From an uncultured Alphaproteobacteria bacterium (lineage in GTDB: Bacteria > Pseudomonadota > Alphaproteobacteria > HIMB59 > GCA-002718135), in the NCBI GenBank assembly GCA_902614375.1, contig CACMKZ010000004.1, positions 380-64,379 of the forward strand: 64,000 nt of DNA, given 5' to 3'. The translations under genes were made by a program, and so were the position numbers. The first letter of the stretch is position 1, and the number at the start of each line of letters is the position of its first letter. The notes under the pieces are model-generated. The model was not told the origin of the DNA. It saw nothing but the letters and a program-made list of their open reading frames with translations, and searched no databases. Positions 42,634 to 51,724 of this stretch are shown here, piece after piece.

Positions 42634-43053
42634 ATGCCTTTTTATAAGACAAAAATTTTAAATAGAGAAATATCATTAGAATATGAAAAAAAAGATGAAA
42701 AAAAAATAATAGATTCAATAAATTTAATTAATAAAAAAATTGATGATAAATTACAAAATCCAAAATATTCTAATGGAAAAATAAGTGATACTATATTGTT
42801 ATCACTTCTCTCTATTGAGCTTCAAGCAGAGCTTTCAGAAAAATTAAATATAGAAAGAAGTTCAGAAGTAAATGATACCAAGAAACAAGAATATCTAAAG
42901 AACAATTTAGAACTTAAAGACAAAATACTAAAACTACAAAATGAAAAAAAAATTTTAGAAGATGAAAAATTGAAATTAGATCAAGAATTTGATGAAATAA
43001 ATAAAAAGGTAGAAGGTTTAATTAATATAATTAAGAATTCTTATTATGAATAA
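42634..43053 (+). CDS. zapA: Cell division protein ZapA-like
   Basis: The N-terminus (KTKILNREISLEYEKKDEKKIIDSINLINKKIDD...SDTILLSLLSIELQAEL) follows the ZapA pattern, followed by a coiled coil. The gene sits upstream of 5-FCL as in many bacteria. Confidence 0.6.
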   Translation: MPFYKTKILNREISLEYEKKDEKKIIDSINLINKKIDDKLQNPKYSNGKISDTILLSLLSIELQAELSEKLNIERSSEVNDTKKQEYLKNNLELKDKILKLQNEKKILEDEKLKLDQEFDEINKKVEGLINIIKNSYYE

Positions 43054-43627
43054 TATTAAAGATGAAAAATCAATTATCAGAAAAAAACAAAAAATTATAA
43101 GAGATAAGATTTTTAATAATAAACCATCTCATTTTGCTTTAACTTTGTTTAATGAGCTTTTTGAAAAAATTAACTTTCAAGAAATTAATATAGTTTCTAG
43201 TTTTATTTCTATACATTCTGAGATAAATACAACAGAACTTAACAATCTTATCTTTATTAAAAATAAAATTTTATGCCTCCCTGTAATTGAAAAAAAAAAT
43301 AGTCATTTAATCTTTAAGCAATTTAAGAGTGAAGAGAATTTTGTAAAAGGATATATGAATATATCAGAGCCTCAAAATAAAAATAAAATTTTAAATCCTG
43401 AATTAATTTTTGTACCTTGTTTAGCTTTTGATAAGAAGGGAAATAGATTAGGTTATGGTGGAGGTTATTATGACAGGACATTTGCTTATTTAAATAAAAT
43501 TAATCACAGATTCATCTCTGTAGCCTATGCATATGAAGAACAAAAGTTAGATTACATACCCATAGACAAATTTGATTTTAAAGTGGATTATGTTATTACT
43601 GAAAAAAATTTATATAGTTTTCTATGA
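43046..43627 (+). CDS. 5-formyltetrahydrofolate cyclo-ligase
   Basis: IFVPCLAFDKKGNRLGYGGGYYDRT is present. Confidence 0.88.
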   Translation: MNNIKDEKSIIRKKQKIIRDKIFNNKPSHFALTLFNELFEKINFQEINIVSSFISIHSEINTTELNNLIFIKNKILCLPVIEKKNSHLIFKQFKSEENFVKGYMNISEPQNKNKILNPELIFVPCLAFDKKGNRLGYGGGYYDRTFAYLNKINHRFISVAYAYEEQKLDYIPIDKFDFKVDYVITEKNLYSFL

Positions 43628-44415
43628 AAATTCTTTTTATAGGTGATATTGTCGGTAAGGCGTCACGAAAAAAAATTAAAAAAATTATACCAACACTCAA
43701 ATCTAAATATAATACAGACATGATTATTGCTAATGGTGAGAATGCTACTTCTGGTTATGGACTTTCAAAAAAAGATGCAGAAGAATTATTTTCTAGTGGA
43801 ATTGATCTACTTACACTTGGGAATCATGCATGGGATCAAAGAGATATGCTTTCTTATATTGAAGAAAATCCAAAAATAATCAGAGCTTTGAATTATCCTG
43901 ATGGGGTTCCTGGAAAAGGATATTATAAGCTTGAACTTTTAAATGGAAAAAAAATTATAGTAGTACAAGTAATGCTCAGATTATTTATGAATTTATCATT
44001 AGATGATCCCTTTAAAGGCATAATTGAATTTCTTCAAAAAGAGAAGTTAGGCAGTACATGTGATGTGATAATTATTGATATGCATGGTGAAGCAACTTCT
44101 GAAAAAAAGGCATTTGGATATTATGTTGATGGACAAGTTACGGCAGTTTTAGGCACACATACTCATGTGCCAACGGCAGACAGTGTTATTTTACCTAAAG
44201 GTACAGCCTATCAAACAGACGTGGGGATGTCAGGTGATTATAATTCAATAATTGGTTTTGATATAAATAATCCAATACATGGATTTGTTAAGGGGTACAG
44301 GGCAGAAGGTAGATTTACACCTGCTACTGAAAACATAACAGTATGCGGGGCTTTAATAGAGATTGATACTAATACTGGTTTAGCTAAAAATATCACACCA
44401 ATTCAAGAGACATAA
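43624..44415 (+). CDS. YmdB-like metallophosphoesterase (TIGR00282 family)
   Basis: MKILFIGDIVGK, ANGENATSGYGL, DMHGEATSEK and GTHTHVPTAD are present. Confidence 0.88.
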   Translation: MKILFIGDIVGKASRKKIKKIIPTLKSKYNTDMIIANGENATSGYGLSKKDAEELFSSGIDLLTLGNHAWDQRDMLSYIEENPKIIRALNYPDGVPGKGYYKLELLNGKKIIVVQVMLRLFMNLSLDDPFKGIIEFLQKEKLGSTCDVIIIDMHGEATSEKKAFGYYVDGQVTAVLGTHTHVPTADSVILPKGTAYQTDVGMSGDYNSIIGFDINNPIHGFVKGYRAEGRFTPATENITVCGALIEIDTNTGLAKNITPIQET

Positions 44416-44494
44416 TTTACATATATTAGACACATTTATCTAATATTTTATATCTTTACTAACATCGGATTAAATATTTATAAAACTACTCGTA

Positions 44495-45244
44495 ATGGCA
44501 GGGCACTCAAAATTTAAAAATATTATGCATCGTAAAGGTGCTCAAGATAAAAAAAGAGCAAAAGTTTTCTCAAGACTTGGAAGAGAAATTTCTGTTGCTG
44601 TCAAAGTAGGAGGTGAAGATATTGAGAGTAATATTAGATTAAGATCTGCAATTTCATCGGCCAAGTCACTTAATATGCCAAAAGATAATATTGAGAGAGC
44701 AATAAAAAAAGGTCAAGGAAATGATCCTGATAGCAATTATGAAGAAGTAAGATATGAAGGATATGGCCCTGAAGGTATCGCAATAATAGTTGAGGCACTT
44801 ACAAATAATAAAAATAGAACAGCTGCTGAGATTAGGTCCTCTTTTAGTAAATATGGAGGTAATTTGGGTGAAACAGGAAGTGTTAGTTTTGGTTTTGACA
44901 GATTTGGAAATATCACTCTCGATAAAAACTTAGTAAAAGAGGATCAACTCATAGAATTTCTTATTGAAAATAATAGTGAAGATTATGAAATTAATGAGAC
45001 AGAATATTCAATATACTGTGATCAAAACAATTTACATGAACTTAATGATAAATTAATTAAACAGTATGGTCAGACTAACTCTGCAAATTTAATTTGGAAA
45101 AGTAAAAATAATATAAATATTGGAAAAGAAACAGCGGACAAACTATTTAAATTACTTGAAGTTTTAGAAGACAATGACGACGTTCAAGTTGTATCATCAA
45201 ATTTTGAAGTTGATGATAATGTTCTATCTTCACTCACAGCCTAA
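44495..45244 (+). CDS. yebC: YebC/PmpR family DNA-binding regulator
   Basis: MAGHSKFKNIMHRKGAQDKKRAK.F..L.REI and YEGYGP.G.A are present. Confidence 0.95.
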   Translation: MAGHSKFKNIMHRKGAQDKKRAKVFSRLGREISVAVKVGGEDIESNIRLRSAISSAKSLNMPKDNIERAIKKGQGNDPDSNYEEVRYEGYGPEGIAIIVEALTNNKNRTAAEIRSSFSKYGGNLGETGSVSFGFDRFGNITLDKNLVKEDQLIEFLIENNSEDYEINETEYSIYCDQNNLHELNDKLIKQYGQTNSANLIWKSKNNINIGKETADKLFKLLEVLEDNDDVQVVSSNFEVDDNVLSSLTA

Positions 45245-45258
45245 TGAAAGGAATATAG

Positions 45259-45552
45259 ATGCCTGATAAAGCCTGGAAAAAAAGAGAAAGAGATGTTGCA
45301 AACTATTTCAATGGGAAAAGGACACCTTTGAGTGGCGGTAATGGTAAAGTTACAAGAGCTGATGTAATCCATGAAGAATTATTTATAGAATGTAAACTAA
45401 GAGCAAAACATACAGCAATTAGTTTATGGGATGATACTGCAAAACTTGCAAAAGAGGAGGGTAAGACACCAGTAATAGCATTATGTGAAAAAAATAGACC
45501 AGGGTTTTGGGTTATGGTTCATAGTAGCGATCTTGAAAAAATTAAAAAATAA
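45259..45552 (+). CDS. Small PD-(D/E)XK nuclease, archaeal Hjc-like Holliday-junction-resolvase candidate
   Basis: The motif string E10-R11 ... R21-x3-S25-G26 ... D35-V-I ... I43-E44-C-K46 ... G-K-T-P-V-I-A-L ... G-F-W-V aligns by eye with Pyrococcus Hjc (ERELI..RSAGS..VDLVA..IEVK..GGIPVLAV..GWRFIEV). Confidence 0.55.
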   Translation: MPDKAWKKRERDVANYFNGKRTPLSGGNGKVTRADVIHEELFIECKLRAKHTAISLWDDTAKLAKEEGKTPVIALCEKNRPGFWVMVHSSDLEKIKK

Positions 45553-45557
45553 TAATT

Positions 45558-46271
45558 ATGGCAGATATTAATAGTACAAATTTATCGACAGAAGCACCAG
45601 ATTTTTCAATGCTTGCTTTATTCATGCAGGCTGACATTGTTGTCAAATCTGTAATTATAATATTAATCTTAGCCTCTCTTTATTCTTGGAATGTAATAAT
45701 TTCAAAAATTTTAAGAATTAGACAATTAAAAAAACTTGAAAAAGAATTTGAAGATATTTTTTGGTCTGGAAATTCATTTGAAGATTTATATGAAACTTTA
45801 AACTTTAATCAGACAGACCCAAAATCAAAATTATTTTGTGCTGCAATCTTAGAGTGGAAAAAAAGTAAAGCTCAGTTTGAAAATGATACATCTGATATTA
45901 ATTCTTTAAAAGATAGAATGATGAGATCAATGACAGTTGTTTTCAATAAAGAAAGTGAAAATGTTGAGAGAAATTTAACATTTCTCGCAACTGCTGGATC
46001 AACTGCACCTTTTATTGGGTTATTTGGAACAGTCTGGGGTATAATGAATAGTTTTAAATCTATTGCAATAGCTCAAAATACAAATTTAGCAGTAGTTGCA
46101 CCAGGAATTGCTGAAGCCCTTTTTGCAACTGCATTAGGTCTTTTTGTGGCTATACCTGCCGTAGTTGCTTACAATAAAATTTCAAACGATTTATCAAAAT
46201 ATTTTATATCCTTGGAAACATTTATGGATGAATTCTCAACAATTTTTTTTAGACAATTAGAGAAAAAATAA
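45558..46271 (+). CDS. tolQ: Tol-Pal system protein TolQ
   Basis: This is a MotA/TolQ/ExbB channel (LATAGSTAPFIGLFGTVWGIMNSF, APGIAEALFATALGL). Confidence 0.93.
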   Translation: MADINSTNLSTEAPDFSMLALFMQADIVVKSVIIILILASLYSWNVIISKILRIRQLKKLEKEFEDIFWSGNSFEDLYETLNFNQTDPKSKLFCAAILEWKKSKAQFENDTSDINSLKDRMMRSMTVVFNKESENVERNLTFLATAGSTAPFIGLFGTVWGIMNSFKSIAIAQNTNLAVVAPGIAEALFATALGLFVAIPAVVAYNKISNDLSKYFISLETFMDEFSTIFFRQLEKK

Positions 46272-46272
46272 A

Positions 46273-46701
46273 TTGATTACTTCAAATAATTTAAACAAAC
46301 GAAAAAAGCAAAGGTACACTCAAATGAGTGAAATTAACGTTACACCTTTTGTAGATGTTATGCTTGTTTTACTAATTGTTTTTATGGTTACCGCACCTCT
46401 TCTAACGGTTGGAATTAAAGTTGATTTACCAAAGGTTAAAGCTACTGCATTAACTGATATTAAAGATCCAATTGAGATAACCGTTAAGTTAGACGGAGAA
46501 GTCTACATTGGAGAATCAAAGGTTGAAGTAGAAAATTTAATTCCTCGACTAAACGCTATTACTGAACAAAACACAGAAGCAAGAATTTATATACGAGGTG
46601 ATAGAGTGGTAGCTTATGGAAGGATTATGGAAATTATGTCCATAATAAATTCAGCAGGATATATTAAGGTTGCATTAATTACTCAAAATCTTGAGCAATA
46701 G
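46273..46701 (+). CDS. tolR: Tol-Pal system protein TolR
   Basis: MSEINVTPFVDVMLVLLIVFMV is the ExbD/TolR signature. The start is TTG at 46273 or ATG at 46324. Confidence 0.9.
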   Translation: MITSNNLNKRKKQRYTQMSEINVTPFVDVMLVLLIVFMVTAPLLTVGIKVDLPKVKATALTDIKDPIEITVKLDGEVYIGESKVEVENLIPRLNAITEQNTEARIYIRGDRVVAYGRIMEIMSIINSAGYIKVALITQNLEQ

Positions 46702-47772
46702 ATGGATCGTATAAGCTATAATAGTTTAAAAATTCTAAACTTTTTTGAAAATTTAAATCCTAAAACATCAGGAGTTATTTTTTCAACACTAATACATTTA
46801 ATTATTCTTTTGTTTATGATCGGCTTACCTAATTTTTTTTCTCCAAAAGAAATCTATGTTCCAAACGTAATACCTATTGAAATACTTAATGTTGATGAAA
46901 ATACAAATTTGAAAAAATCTGATACTGAAAAACCAGAAAATAAAAATAAGGAAACAATTACTAAGCAAAAAAAATTTAATTCATCAGATCAATTAGAAGT
47001 AAAAAAAAATGTTGAAATAAACAAAACTGAAATTGAAGAAAAAACTAATCCAAATCAACCAGTTTTGGAAATGAAACAAACTCCAAATTTAGAAGTTAAG
47101 GAAACAAAAAAAGTAGTTATCAAAGAAAAGGAAATTTTAGAGGTTAAAAAAAAAGTAGAAACAATTAAAACTGATATAATTAAACCAAAACTCAAGCCAA
47201 AGCCAAAAATTATAAATAATGAAAATGTTAAATCGGATTTAGATGTTGAAACAAACATAAAGGATAAACCAAAGTTGGAAAATGATAAAACCGTATCTAA
47301 ACCAAAGCCGAAACCTGAGAAAGATTTTAGCATAGCATCCATGCTTAAAGATTTAAGAAATGAAAAAACAAATAGAGTTCAAAATGAAGTTAAGGAAGAG
47401 GTTGAAGAGGTTGATAATAAAAGTACAGATGATATTGATGACAATGTTATGCTATCAATATCTGAAATAGACATGTTGAGGCAGCAATTATCTTCTTGTT
47501 GGAATGCTCCAGCAGGTGCAGTTATAGAAAGAGGAGACAAAGTAACAATTTCAGCAAAAATATTACAAAATATGAAAGTTTCACCAAGTAGTATCCGCAT
47601 TGTTGACACAAATATAGCTAAAACTAATCCATTTTATGGACCAATCACAGATAGCGCAATGAGAACTCTTTTAAACCCAGAATGTACACCGTTAAAACTT
47701 CCAAAAGATAAATATAATCTATGGAAAAATCTTACAATTACTTTTGATTATAGTATTATGAAAGGATATTGA
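46702..47772 (+). CDS. tolA: TolA-like protein
   Basis: It has an N-terminal TM helix, a long K/E/P-rich domain II and a C-terminal globular domain (LSSCWNAPAG), and sits between tolR and tolB. Confidence 0.75.
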   Translation: MDRISYNSLKILNFFENLNPKTSGVIFSTLIHLIILLFMIGLPNFFSPKEIYVPNVIPIEILNVDENTNLKKSDTEKPENKNKETITKQKKFNSSDQLEVKKNVEINKTEIEEKTNPNQPVLEMKQTPNLEVKETKKVVIKEKEILEVKKKVETIKTDIIKPKLKPKPKIINNENVKSDLDVETNIKDKPKLENDKTVSKPKPKPEKDFSIASMLKDLRNEKTNRVQNEVKEEVEEVDNKSTDDIDDNVMLSISEIDMLRQQLSSCWNAPAGAVIERGDKVTISAKILQNMKVSPSSIRIVDTNIAKTNPFYGPITDSAMRTLLNPECTPLKLPKDKYNLWKNLTITFDYSIMKGY

Positions 47773-49088
47773 TGAAAAAAGTTTTCTTAATAACCCTTTT
47801 TTTATTTTCGAGTTTAAAAGTCCATTCATTAGAAGTGACTCTAACACAAGGTAGTGTGAAGCCAACTCCGATAGCTGTGACAGAATTATATTCAAAAAAT
47901 TCGCAATTAACAAAAGTAGGCAAAAATATTTCATCTGTAATCTCTGATAACTTAGAAAGGTCTGGTCTTTTTTTACCAATAGATAAAAGATCATTTATTC
48001 AAGATAATCAATCTCTATCTAATAAACCTAGATTTGAAGATTGGAAGTTAATTAAAGCACAACATTTAGTTTCAGGAAAAATTTCATCTAATAATGGAAA
48101 AATATCTGTAGAATTTAGATTGTTTGATGTCTTTCAACAAAAGCAAATAGTTGGAAAAAAGTACGAAACAAATGAGAAAAATTGGAGAAGAGTTGCACAT
48201 ATTATTTCAGATTCTATTTTTAAAAATATAACAGGTGAAGGTGGTTACTTTGATACAAGAATAGTTTATGTTGCTGAAACTGGTCCAAAAGAAAATAAAC
48301 AAAAAAGATTAGCAATCATGGATCAAGATCAATCAAATCATCGTTTTTTAACGGACGGATCATATCTAGTTTTAACTCCAAGGTTCTCTCCAAATTCGCA
48401 AAAAATTACATACATGTCTTACGTAAACAGAAATAATCCTAGGGTTTATATTTTTGATATAGAAACTGGTAAACAAGAAATAGTTGGTGAGTTTCCAGGA
48501 ATGACATTTGCGCCACGTTTTTCACCTGATGGTAATCAAATCGTTATGTCATACACTGATCCAGAAATTGGTAATTCTGAAATTTATATTCTTGATTTAA
48601 AAACAAGAATATCAAAAAGAGTTACTAATAATTCTTCAATAGATGTGTCTGCAAGTTTTTCACCTGATGGCAAAAAAATAGTTTTTAATTCAGATAGAAG
48701 TGGAAGAAGGCACTTGTATGTATGTGATAATAATGGAAAAAATATTAAGAGAATTAGCAGGGAAGCAGGAAGTTACTACACACCAGTTTGGTCTCCAAGA
48801 GGTGATATGATTGCATTCACTAAACAAGAGGGAGGTCAATTTTATATAGGTGTTATGGAGGTTGATGGCTCAAATGAAAGAATGATTGCAAAATCATTTC
48901 ATGTTGAGGGGCCAACATGGGCACCAAATGGTAGATTTTTAATGTATTTTAAAGAAGAGAGAACTGCTGAAGATGGATCCGGAGGTGAATCCAGTCTATA
49001 TTCTATTGATTTAACTGGTTTTAATGAAAGAAAGGTAATAACCCCGCTAGGTGGATCTGATCCAGCATGGTCGCCATTGATGCACTAA
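47769..49088 (+). CDS. tolB: Tol-Pal system beta-propeller protein TolB
   Basis: A signal peptide is followed by repeated P.FSPDG... propeller blades. Confidence 0.93.
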   Translation: MMKKVFLITLFLFSSLKVHSLEVTLTQGSVKPTPIAVTELYSKNSQLTKVGKNISSVISDNLERSGLFLPIDKRSFIQDNQSLSNKPRFEDWKLIKAQHLVSGKISSNNGKISVEFRLFDVFQQKQIVGKKYETNEKNWRRVAHIISDSIFKNITGEGGYFDTRIVYVAETGPKENKQKRLAIMDQDQSNHRFLTDGSYLVLTPRFSPNSQKITYMSYVNRNNPRVYIFDIETGKQEIVGEFPGMTFAPRFSPDGNQIVMSYTDPEIGNSEIYILDLKTRISKRVTNNSSIDVSASFSPDGKKIVFNSDRSGRRHLYVCDNNGKNIKRISREAGSYYTPVWSPRGDMIAFTKQEGGQFYIGVMEVDGSNERMIAKSFHVEGPTWAPNGRFLMYFKEERTAEDGSGGESSLYSIDLTGFNERKVITPLGGSDPAWSPLMH

Positions 49089-49188
49089 TCCAATATAATA
49101 CAAAAAAATATACGAAATTTTGAAAAAAATGTTAAGGATCTGCAAATAATTTAGTATATCTACTCAAAGTATTAAGGGAGCATTATTT

Positions 49189-49710
49189 ATGTTTTACAAG
49201 TTTTTTATCTCTATATTTATGGTTTTATTTGTTGCAGCTTGTGCAACAACTCCAAAAGACTCAGCTGATTCCTCAGGTTCAGGATCAAGTAGTTCTGGAA
49301 GTGATGTTTCTTCAGAAGGAACTATTACTGAAACTACAGGAAGTGGCATAGTTTCTGGATCACAGGAAGATTTAATCGTTAACGTTGGTGACAGAGTATT
49401 CTTTGGATATGACAGTTCAGATTTAGACTCTGACGCTCTAGAGTTACTTCAAGATCAAGTTGCATGGCTTAAACAGAATAGCGATGTTACTGTAACCATC
49501 GAAGGTCACTGTGACGAAAGAGGGACTAGGGAGTACAACTTAGCTCTTGGTGAAAAAAGAGCTCAGGCTGTAAAAAATTATCTCATAGGATTAGGAATAA
49601 ATCCTGACAGAGTTTCAACTATTAGTTATGGTAAAGAAAGACCTGCTGTTGTCGGCTCAAATGATGGAGCATGGGCTCAAAACAGAAGATCAGTAACTTT
49701 AGTTAATTAA
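49189..49710 (+). CDS. pal: Peptidoglycan-associated lipoprotein Pal
   Basis: It has a lipobox (VAACAT), a Ser/Gly-rich linker and an OmpA-like domain (IEGHCDERGTREYNLALGEKRAQAV). Confidence 0.92.
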   Translation: MFYKFFISIFMVLFVAACATTPKDSADSSGSGSSSSGSDVSSEGTITETTGSGIVSGSQEDLIVNVGDRVFFGYDSSDLDSDALELLQDQVAWLKQNSDVTVTIEGHCDERGTREYNLALGEKRAQAVKNYLIGLGINPDRVSTISYGKERPAVVGSNDGAWAQNRRSVTLVN

Positions 49711-49730
49711 TTATTATTCCTTAATACTTT

Positions 49731-49760
49731 GGCGCTATAGAAATATAGCGCCACATTTTT
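49731..49760 (+). terminator. Intrinsic terminator after pal
   Basis: GGCGCTATA-GAAA-TATAGCGCC is a 9-bp stem with a GNRA-type tetraloop, followed by ACATTTTTA. Confidence 0.7.
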
Positions 49761-49781
49761 ATCTCAATTAGAAATTAAAAT

Positions 49782-50705
49782 GTGCTAATGTTTAAATACA
49801 TACTCACAGTTTTAATTTTATTTTTTTCAAGCTATTCTTTTTCTAATGAAAGTGATCTAACAGTCTCACAACAATTAGAAAGATTACAAAGAGAAGTTTC
49901 AGATCTTTCTAAAGAAGTATTTTCAAATTCACCGAATCAATCAAATGGAACAAATAATGATTTTGTTAAAAATCTTTCTGCTATCGATTTGCGAATATAT
50001 GATATTGAAAACGATATAAAAAATTTAACATCTAATTTAGAAGAATTGTATTTTCAATTAGACGATATCTTTAATAAATTAGAAAATTTAGAATCAGTTA
50101 TTAATAATTTCCAATCAGTTCCATTAAATAATGTTGAAGTAAATACTGATGAAACTTCACAAGATAGTTCTGAAGTTAAAAGCAATACTTTAAGTGATAC
50201 TGAAACTGAAAATACACTTGGAACATTAAATATTTCAAAAAACACAAATGATACAAATGAAGAAGTCATATCTAAAGATCAGGAAATAAATTCTAATGAA
50301 AAAGAAGAGGTCTTATCACCTGAAGATCAATTCCAGGAAGCATTTGATAACATTAGAGATAAAAAATGGCAGGATGCCAAAACTTCATTCGAACAGTTTA
50401 TTTCAGACAATCCTGATAATCAACTATCAGGTTCAGCACATTATTGGCTCGGAGAATTATATATTTTAGAAAAAAATTATAGAGAAGCAGCACTTATATT
50501 TGCAGAAGGTTTTCAAAAATTTCCAGATAGTATTAAAGCTGCAGAAATGCTTTTCAAACTTTCTCAGTCTTTATACCAAGTTGAAAAAACTGTTGAGGCT
50601 TGTAAAACTATGGAAAAATTAATTATTGATTTTCCAAAAAATAAAATAATTTCTCAAACTAAAAAACAAATTGTTGAGTATAATTGTTTAGAAAATAATG
50701 AATGA
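49782..50705 (+). CDS. cpoB: Tol-Pal system protein CpoB/YbgF
   Basis: It has a signal peptide, a coiled coil and C-terminal TPR repeats (SGSAHYWLGELYILEKNYREAALIF). The likely true start is ATG at 49788; the track start is GTG. Confidence 0.8.
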   Translation: MLMFKYILTVLILFFSSYSFSNESDLTVSQQLERLQREVSDLSKEVFSNSPNQSNGTNNDFVKNLSAIDLRIYDIENDIKNLTSNLEELYFQLDDIFNKLENLESVINNFQSVPLNNVEVNTDETSQDSSEVKSNTLSDTETENTLGTLNISKNTNDTNEEVISKDQEINSNEKEEVLSPEDQFQEAFDNIRDKKWQDAKTSFEQFISDNPDNQLSGSAHYWLGELYILEKNYREAALIFAEGFQKFPDSIKAAEMLFKLSQSLYQVEKTVEACKTMEKLIIDFPKNKIISQTKKQIVEYNCLENNE

Positions 50706-51673
50706 AGCTCACAAATAAAGAATTTATTAAAAACATAGAAAAAAAATATACTTTTGAAAAAAATCCTACTGTCGCTGTGGCAGTTTCTGGTGGTCCAGAT
50801 AGTATGTCCTTATTATTCCTAGCAAATACTTTTATAAAATACAAAAAAGGTAATTTGATGGCTTTAATTGTAGATCATCGTATTAGAAAAAATTCTAAAG
50901 AGGAAGCTAAGTTTATTTCTACCTACTTGAATAAAAACAACATTAACTCTCAAATTCTAACTGCAAACAAAGATAAAGTGATTAAGAAAAGTATGAATGA
51001 GGCTAGAGATAATCGTTATAATTTACTTACAGATTATTGTATTAAAAATAATATTTTGCATTTATTTATTGCTCATCACAAAGATGATAATTTAGAAACC
51101 TTTTTGAGTAGAAAGATTGCTGGCAGTGATTTTTATGGTTTAAAATCAATGTCTGAGCTGTCATTGTACAACAGAGTCAATATAATAAGGCCACTTTTAA
51201 ATTTCTCCAAAGAAATGTTATTAGACTACAATAAGAAAAATAAAATAGAGTATATTAAAGATCCATCAAATTTTAATTTAGATTATACTCGTCCTACAAT
51301 AAGAAATTTTCTTAAAAAATCTGACAAAAAAATAATTAAAGAAATAAATAAAGATTTTGAGAATATACTTTTTTATTCACCATATTTCATTCAAATGATA
51401 CTTGAGATACTTCTTAAAAATATTGTTCATGTTGACACTAAACAAATTGTTATTAACCCTCATAATATAAAAAATTTAAATGAAATTACTTCTGAAAATA
51501 TTATACGAAGAATATATCAGTTTTTATTTTATCAATCTAACGCTCCTCGATCAAAAAAAACTAGAATCTTAATAAGTGAAATGAAGAAATCAAATTTTAA
51601 TATTTTTAATCTCAAAGGTATGATTGTTAAAAAAAATGATGATTTTCTTACATTTTTAAGAAAATCTGTTTAA
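50702..51673 (+). CDS. tilS: tRNA(Ile)-lysidine synthase
   Basis: VAVAVSGGPDSMSL (PP-loop) and IAHHKDDNLETFL are present. Confidence 0.88.
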   Translation: MKLTNKEFIKNIEKKYTFEKNPTVAVAVSGGPDSMSLLFLANTFIKYKKGNLMALIVDHRIRKNSKEEAKFISTYLNKNNINSQILTANKDKVIKKSMNEARDNRYNLLTDYCIKNNILHLFIAHHKDDNLETFLSRKIAGSDFYGLKSMSELSLYNRVNIIRPLLNFSKEMLLDYNKKNKIEYIKDPSNFNLDYTRPTIRNFLKKSDKKIIKEINKDFENILFYSPYFIQMILEILLKNIVHVDTKQIVINPHNIKNLNEITSENIIRRIYQFLFYQSNAPRSKKTRILISEMKKSNFNIFNLKGMIVKKNDDFLTFLRKSV

Positions 51674-51724
51674 TTTTCTACAAAACTATTGTGTTTTTAT
51701 AATAAATTCCTATGTATTAAGTAG

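Noticed and set aside
44423-44446. An 8-bp inverted repeat, ATATTAGA-N8-TCTAATAT, between the ymdB-like gene and yebC. It could be a terminator or an operator.
   Set aside because: The stem is almost entirely A/T with a single G-C pair, and the T-run after it is poor. It is too weak to call a terminator or an operator.
47050-47350. Repetitive K/P/E-rich coding DNA (KPKLKPKPK, KPKPKPEK) in the tolA-like gene, plus long antisense ORFs.
   Set aside because: This is typical low-complexity TolA domain II. It is not a mobile repeat, and the antisense ORFs are composition artefacts.
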